Assembly (NCBI GenBank): GCA_026461395.1
Contig: JAPJNA010000061.1
Span: 3,787 to 67,786, forward strand
Reading direction: 5' to 3'
Length of the DNA: 64,000 nucleotides
Source: Chthoniobacterales bacterium
Lineage (GTDB): Bacteria; Verrucomicrobiota; Verrucomicrobiia; Chthoniobacterales; UBA6821
Positions 59,195-64,000 of the stretch are shown here, one piece after another. The notes beneath the pieces were generated by a model, which was not told where the DNA came from, ran no database searches, and saw only the letters and a program-made list of their open reading frames with translations. The stretch's first letter is position 1; every line of letters starts with the position of its first letter. The translations under genes and the position numbers were made by a program.

Positions 59195-59683
59195 ATGAAG
59201 GGAAACCCACTTCTCCGGCTTGGCATTGTTCTGCTTGTGCTCGCGGCGGTTCTCTGGCCGGTTTGCCGCCTGACACTGCACAGGGCCACTCCGCAAGCAG
59301 TGATGCCGATAACAAACTCAACGGAGACCGACACATCCTCTACTCCGGATGCCTCTGATCTCTTGAAGCTGGGAAAGAGGCCGACACTGCGAGCCACACT
59401 GCTCCTCCATGCAGCCCCCTCGCCACAGCATTGTCTGATCACTCAGGCTGGAAGGAAACTGCTCACAAAGAACGATCAGATCTCCCCGGGCGAATACCGA
59501 GCCGCAATTGAGATAACCAAAGGCGAGGATCTCCTAGTCTCCGCAGATTGGGGCGACGAAGAACCTCATGCCCTGCGTCTTGAGGTATTGGTTCATGGCT
59601 ATCAGGCACCGCTTGAAAAGAGCTTCTGGGCCCAGAAAACCCTCGAGGACACTCTTCCTCTACCCAAGTCCTTCCTGCCATGA
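59195..59683 (+). CDS. Hypothetical N-terminally anchored protein, first gene of the metal ABC unit
   Basis: One hydrophobic helix (LLRLGIVLLVLAAVLWPV), no recognisable motif. Its stop overlaps the ATPase start (ATGA). Confidence 0.45.
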   Translation: MKGNPLLRLGIVLLVLAAVLWPVCRLTLHRATPQAVMPITNSTETDTSSTPDASDLLKLGKRPTLRATLLLHAAPSPQHCLITQAGRKLLTKNDQISPGEYRAAIEITKGEDLLVSADWGDEEPHALRLEVLVHGYQAPLEKSFWAQKTLEDTLPLPKSFLP

Positions 59684-60438
59684 GCACACCGCACCATGAG
59701 AGGGAGCCGATGCTCCGCATCGAGGATCTGACGGTGAGTTATCACCGGGTTCCCGCGATCCATCACCTCTCGCTCTCACTCGGCTTCGGACATTGCGTAG
59801 GTCTTTTCGGTCCCAATGGTGCCGGCAAGTCGACACTTCTGAAATCTGTTGCCGGATTGTTAAATCCGGAAACGGGTCGCATCCTCATTGAAGGAATCGC
59901 CATTGACCAAGCGGCCTCCCTTATCGCTTACCTTCCCCAGCGAGAATCGGTGGACTGGGATTTTCCTGTGACAGTGCGCGGACTTGTCGAGATGGGACGC
60001 TATCATCAGGTCGGCCTTGTCGGATCGTTTTCCCAACGCGATCAGACGGCCGTTGAGGAGGCTCTAGAACTTTTTAACCTGACACCGCTGGCCCGCCGCC
60101 AAATCAAGGAACTCTCGGGAGGTCAGCAACAGCGCGCTTTCCTTGCACGCGCCTGGGCTCAGGAGGCCGACCTCTACCTTCTCGACGAGCCATTCGGTGG
60201 ACTCGATCGTACCAGCGCCGCGGCCCTAGCCTCCGCCTTGGGTACTCTCCGTGAGCGAGGCAAACTCCTGCTAGTCTCACACCATGCCCTGGCAGAAGCA
60301 GAGTCCCTCTTCGACACTGCTATCCTACTCAACGGAGAGCTGGTTGCCTGCGGTCCCACATCGGAAGCCCTCAGTCCTCAAAATCTAGAGTGCGCCTATG
60401 GCACGGCGATCTACTCCGGGGCTCATTATCATTCCTGA
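59680..60438 (+). CDS. Metal (Zn/Mn-type) ABC transporter ATP-binding protein
   Basis: GPNGAGKSTLLK, LSGGQQQRAFLARA, LYLLDEPFGGLD. Size and pattern match ZnuC/MntB-type proteins. Confidence 0.8.
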   Translation: MSTPHHEREPMLRIEDLTVSYHRVPAIHHLSLSLGFGHCVGLFGPNGAGKSTLLKSVAGLLNPETGRILIEGIAIDQAASLIAYLPQRESVDWDFPVTVRGLVEMGRYHQVGLVGSFSQRDQTAVEEALELFNLTPLARRQIKELSGGQQQRAFLARAWAQEADLYLLDEPFGGLDRTSAAALASALGTLRERGKLLLVSHHALAEAESLFDTAILLNGELVACGPTSEALSPQNLECAYGTAIYSGAHYHS

Positions 60439-60440
60439 CG

Positions 60441-61391
60441 ATGAACTGGTTATTCCATTTTCTCTCCTTGCTAGTGGAGCCGTTCAGCTATTCGTTCATG
60501 CAACGAGCGCTTCTCTCCTGCGCGCTGATCGGATTCACAAACGGATTTCTCGGGACTTTCATCATTCTGCGGCGCCAGGCCCTGCTGGCAGATGCGCTCT
60601 CCCATTCCCTCCTGCCCGGCCTTGCTTTGGCAGCAATGATCGTCGGCCTTTCCCCGGGGGGACTGCTTCTGGGAGGATTGATTGCTGCCCTCTTCGTGGC
60701 GCTGGGAGCACAGGTCATGGCAAGAAACTCACGCCTTAAGGAAGAGACCGCCGTCGCCTCGCTCTACATCATCGCTTTCGCACTCGGAATCGTTTTGATC
60801 CGTTTTGCCAAGGTAAAGGTCGATCTAACCCATTTTCTTTTCGGTAATATCCTGGGTGTCGGTAATGGCGACCTCTGGATTGCCTACGGAGCAGCCTTTT
60901 TAACGCTCGCCACCCTTGTACTCTTCCAGCGTCCTCTACTCCTGACCCTGTTCGATGTGACGGTGGCTCAGGCCTCTGGCGTCAGGGTGCGATGGGTGGA
61001 GACGGGTCTGCTGGCACTGACCGTTCTAGGTCTGGTTGCCTCACTACAAGCTGTGGGAGTCCTTCTCTCGCTGGGCCTTCTGATCATTCCCGCGGCAACA
61101 TCCTACCTGTTGACTGATTCATTCAACAGAATGCTCTGGGGTGGCGCTTTTCTCGGGATGATATGCGCCGTGGGAGGACTCGTTATCTCCTTCTTTGCCA
61201 ATATTCCCTCGGGCCCATGCATCGTGATGCTGATGGCCCTGTTTCTGGGGGCCGCGTATCTCTTTTCTCCTCGATACGGAGTACTTTTCAAACTCATCAG
61301 AGGTCGCCACTACCATGAAGAATCTCTGGAGCGGTGGGAAGGCCATCAGGGGCATGACCACCAGGTTCCAGGAAAGGAATCCAAGCCATGA
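60441..61391 (+). CDS. ABC-3 family metal ABC transporter permease with a His-rich C-terminal tail
   Basis: Start at ATG 60441 (MNWLFHF...). FMQRALL, DALSHSLLPGLA. Tail RGRHYHEESLERWEGHQGHDHQ. Confidence 0.8.
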   Translation: MNWLFHFLSLLVEPFSYSFMQRALLSCALIGFTNGFLGTFIILRRQALLADALSHSLLPGLALAAMIVGLSPGGLLLGGLIAALFVALGAQVMARNSRLKEETAVASLYIIAFALGIVLIRFAKVKVDLTHFLFGNILGVGNGDLWIAYGAAFLTLATLVLFQRPLLLTLFDVTVAQASGVRVRWVETGLLALTVLGLVASLQAVGVLLSLGLLIIPAATSYLLTDSFNRMLWGGAFLGMICAVGGLVISFFANIPSGPCIVMLMALFLGAAYLFSPRYGVLFKLIRGRHYHEESLERWEGHQGHDHQVPGKESKP

Positions 61392-62203
61392 CCGAATCAT
61401 CACGCCCCTCTAACTCCGCACCCATCGGTGTTTTTGACTCCGGCATCGGCGGACTGACCGTTGTCTCGGAACTCCGACGAGCCCTTCCGCTGGAGCGAAT
61501 CCTCTATGTTGGGGATACGGCACGCGTTCCGTACGGAGGCAAGAGCGCCGAAACCGTGACGCGCTACAGTCGTGAAATCTCCGACCTACTTATTGCCGAG
61601 GGTGCCAAGATGATTGTCGTTGCCTGCAATACCGCCTCCGCCCTGGCCGTTCCCTCAATTGCCCCCAATTATCTTGTTCCCATGGTCGGCGTGCTGGAAC
61701 CAGGTGCCGCGGCCGCCGTTAAGGCGACACGAAGCGGAAGGATCGGGGTGATCGGAACACGGGCCACCATTGCGAGTGAGGCCTACACGAAGGCGATCCA
61801 ACGACGAGATCCTGAGCTTTCCGTACATGCTATCGCCTGCCCCCTCTTAGTTCCCCTGATCGAGGAAGGACTACTCGACGACGAGATCACTGAGGCAATC
61901 CTACGTCGCTACCTAATGCCGATGCTGGCGGAAGGCATCGACACATTAGTGCTCGGTTGCACCCATTACCCGCTGCTGAAGGGAGTGATCGCCAGAATTT
62001 GTGGCCCCGAGGTATCACTGGTGGACTCTGCGGAAAACTGCGCCCTTGCAGTCAAAGGACTGCTGGATTCCGATCCCGCCACAGAATTATCTCCGAGACT
62101 CGATATCCTACTCACTGATTCCTCCGAAGGGTTCCTTCGGATCGCAGAAAAGTCCCTTGATCTCACGATTGATTCTCTCTCGGTCAGACGGGTGGGTAAT
62201 TAG
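61388..62203 (+). CDS. murI: Glutamate racemase
   Basis: IGVFDSGIGGLTV, YVGDTARVPYG, IVVACNTAS, LVLGCTHYPLL. Confidence 0.93.
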   Translation: MTESSRPSNSAPIGVFDSGIGGLTVVSELRRALPLERILYVGDTARVPYGGKSAETVTRYSREISDLLIAEGAKMIVVACNTASALAVPSIAPNYLVPMVGVLEPGAAAAVKATRSGRIGVIGTRATIASEAYTKAIQRRDPELSVHAIACPLLVPLIEEGLLDDEITEAILRRYLMPMLAEGIDTLVLGCTHYPLLKGVIARICGPEVSLVDSAENCALAVKGLLDSDPATELSPRLDILLTDSSEGFLRIAEKSLDLTIDSLSVRRVGN

Positions 62204-62214
62204 AATCAAACATC

Positions 62215-62868
62215 ATGACACGGAAACAACGCGCGGAGGAACTAGCCCGGGAACTTCCTAGGATCTACCCGACAGCCCACTGCGAACTCGATTATAAGAA
62301 CCCGCTGGAGCTCCTCGTCGCCACGATTCTCTCCGCCCAGTGCACCGATGTTCGAGTCAACATAGTGACTAAAGAACTCTTCAAACGCTGCAAAACCGCC
62401 GACGATTATGCTGCCATACAGCAGGAGGAACTTGAGGAAATCGTCCGCTCCACAGGATTCTACCGAAACAAGGCCAAGTCACTCCGCGGCATGGGAACAG
62501 CCCTAGTGGAACGCCACGCTGGAAAAGTCCCCTCCACTATGGCAGAGCTCTCCGCCATTCCCGGGGCAGGGCGCAAAACGGCAAATGTTGTTCTCGGAAA
62601 CGCTTTTGACATCAATGAGGGTATCGTCGTTGACACCCATGTCGGCAGACTTTCCCTGCGACTCGGCCTCACGACGAACAGTGATCCCGTGAAGGTCGAG
62701 CAGGATCTGATGAAGCTCTTCCCTCAGGAGCAATGGACACTTCTCTCCCATTGGCTGATCTGGCATGGACGCCGCCGCTGCAGGGCCCGCAATCCCGACT
62801 GCAAGGAATGTGAACTGCGTAGTCTTTGCCCGAGCGTCGATAGTCCAGACCGCCTCCTGAAAAAATAA
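62215..62868 (+). CDS. nth: Endonuclease III
   Basis: LVATILSAQCTD, LSAIPGAGRKTANVVL (HhH-GPD), VDTHV, 4Fe-4S cluster CRARNPDCKECELRSLC. Confidence 0.92.
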   Translation: MTRKQRAEELARELPRIYPTAHCELDYKNPLELLVATILSAQCTDVRVNIVTKELFKRCKTADDYAAIQQEELEEIVRSTGFYRNKAKSLRGMGTALVERHAGKVPSTMAELSAIPGAGRKTANVVLGNAFDINEGIVVDTHVGRLSLRLGLTTNSDPVKVEQDLMKLFPQEQWTLLSHWLIWHGRRRCRARNPDCKECELRSLCPSVDSPDRLLKK

Positions 62869-62884
62869 ACTGCCTCTCAGTCCC

Positions 62885-63094
62885 TCAGTCTTTCCAAAGA
62901 AAGAGGAGTGAAGTCAGAACCCCGCCGCTCGCGTAGAGCATCCAGGTTTGGGAAACCACATAGGGAAAACCCATGATAGCAACTGCCAGTAGCATCGTTT
63001 TGAAAGAGGACTGCTTCTTCCCGTAAACGAACGCCCCCAATCCGATCGCCCCGAAGAGGATCTGACCAAACAAGTTGGCGGCGGTGAAGGTCAC
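62885..63094 (-). CDS. Small two-TM membrane protein, unknown function
   Basis: GTG 63094 overlaps the phnA stop (GTGA); the ORF-track ATG 63112 is the alternative. Two hydrophobic helices. Confidence 0.4.
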   Translation of the reverse strand: MTFTAANLFGQILFGAIGLGAFVYGKKQSSFKTMLLAVAIMGFPYVVSQTWMLYASGGVLTSLLFLWKD

Positions 63095-63422
63095 GCCTTC
63101 TTCACAAAACAAGCTTTGAGGCCAACGGACATCCCATCGACCTTGCAGGAAATCTCATGATCGCCCTCACCTAGCTTGATGGGCTTGGACTTGGATCCCC
63201 CCTTGAGGACGGAGGCGCCCCCTAATTTGAGGTCCTTGATCAGGACGACACAGTCGCCGTCAGCCAACACAACCCCGTAGGCATCTTTGACGATGCGTGG
63301 ACCATCAGCCACTTCCTCCTCTGGGGCTTTATTCCATTCAAAGCCACAGGTGACGCACTCCAATTTATCGTGGTGGGCTATCACCTCCTCCATCGTGCAC
63401 TCAGGGCAGGCGAGCTCGCCCA

Positions 63423-63423
<1 letters not shown>
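63091..63423 (-). CDS. phnA: PhnA/YjdM zinc-ribbon protein
   Basis: CPEC...CVTCGFEW ribbon, VKDAYGVVLADGDCVVLIKDLKLGG, LKACFVKKA. Confidence 0.85.

Positions 63424-64000
<577 letters not shown>

Overview
This is a dense, almost fully coding chromosomal core region. It holds about 66 protein genes, one complete tRNA-Ser(GCU) and the 3' fragment of a second tRNA at the left edge. I found no rRNA, CRISPR array, transposase, integrase, prophage or recognisable defence genes.

The content is housekeeping:
- trmD, a class A PBP, sucC-sucD-citrate synthase, and a polar amino-acid ABC importer with a Tat-exported phosphoesterase.
- A CYTH/CHAD pair, an ABC-F ATPase, dgkA, tRNA-Ser-thrB-lpxK, cfa and ruvA.
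- A Ser/Thr kinase plus class III cyclase, and an overlapping rluD-udg-plsC-hydrolase-coaB chain.
- A long GreA, eno-ftsB, prfB (with the classical +1 frameshift), rdgB and leuS.
- An aguB-M14-unknown-hisBHA string, cyclophilin, an MBL hydrolase, MTHFS, an AI-2E transporter and a rhomboid protease.
- A lipid kinase, rsmD-waaA, a PHP-GT4 fusion with a DUF2334 gene, and ftsH.
- A HupE plus ZnuCB-like metal cluster, murI, nth, phnA and a monomeric isocitrate dehydrogenase cut by the right edge.

The long GreA with a C-terminal Gre domain and the SD-poor leaders make me guess a PVC-superphylum (Verrucomicrobia-like) genome. That guess is tentative.

All functional calls come from motifs I recognise in the supplied translations and from reading the DNA. 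No database search was run. Several ORF-track starts were trimmed to internal start codons that remove overlaps with neighbouring genes.

I do not see a clear-cut novel system. This looks like ordinary core genome. The best second-look candidates are:
1. The PHP-phosphoesterase/GT4 fusion paired with a DUF2334 deacetylase-like gene.
2. A 146-bp element with 26-bp terminal inverted repeats just upstream of prfB.
3. A metal ABC cluster that lacks a binding protein but carries an unknown anchored protein.
4. ruvA translationally coupled to an unknown ATP-grasp-like protein instead of ruvB.
5. G-free, SD-less leaders with a recurring TTCAC motif.
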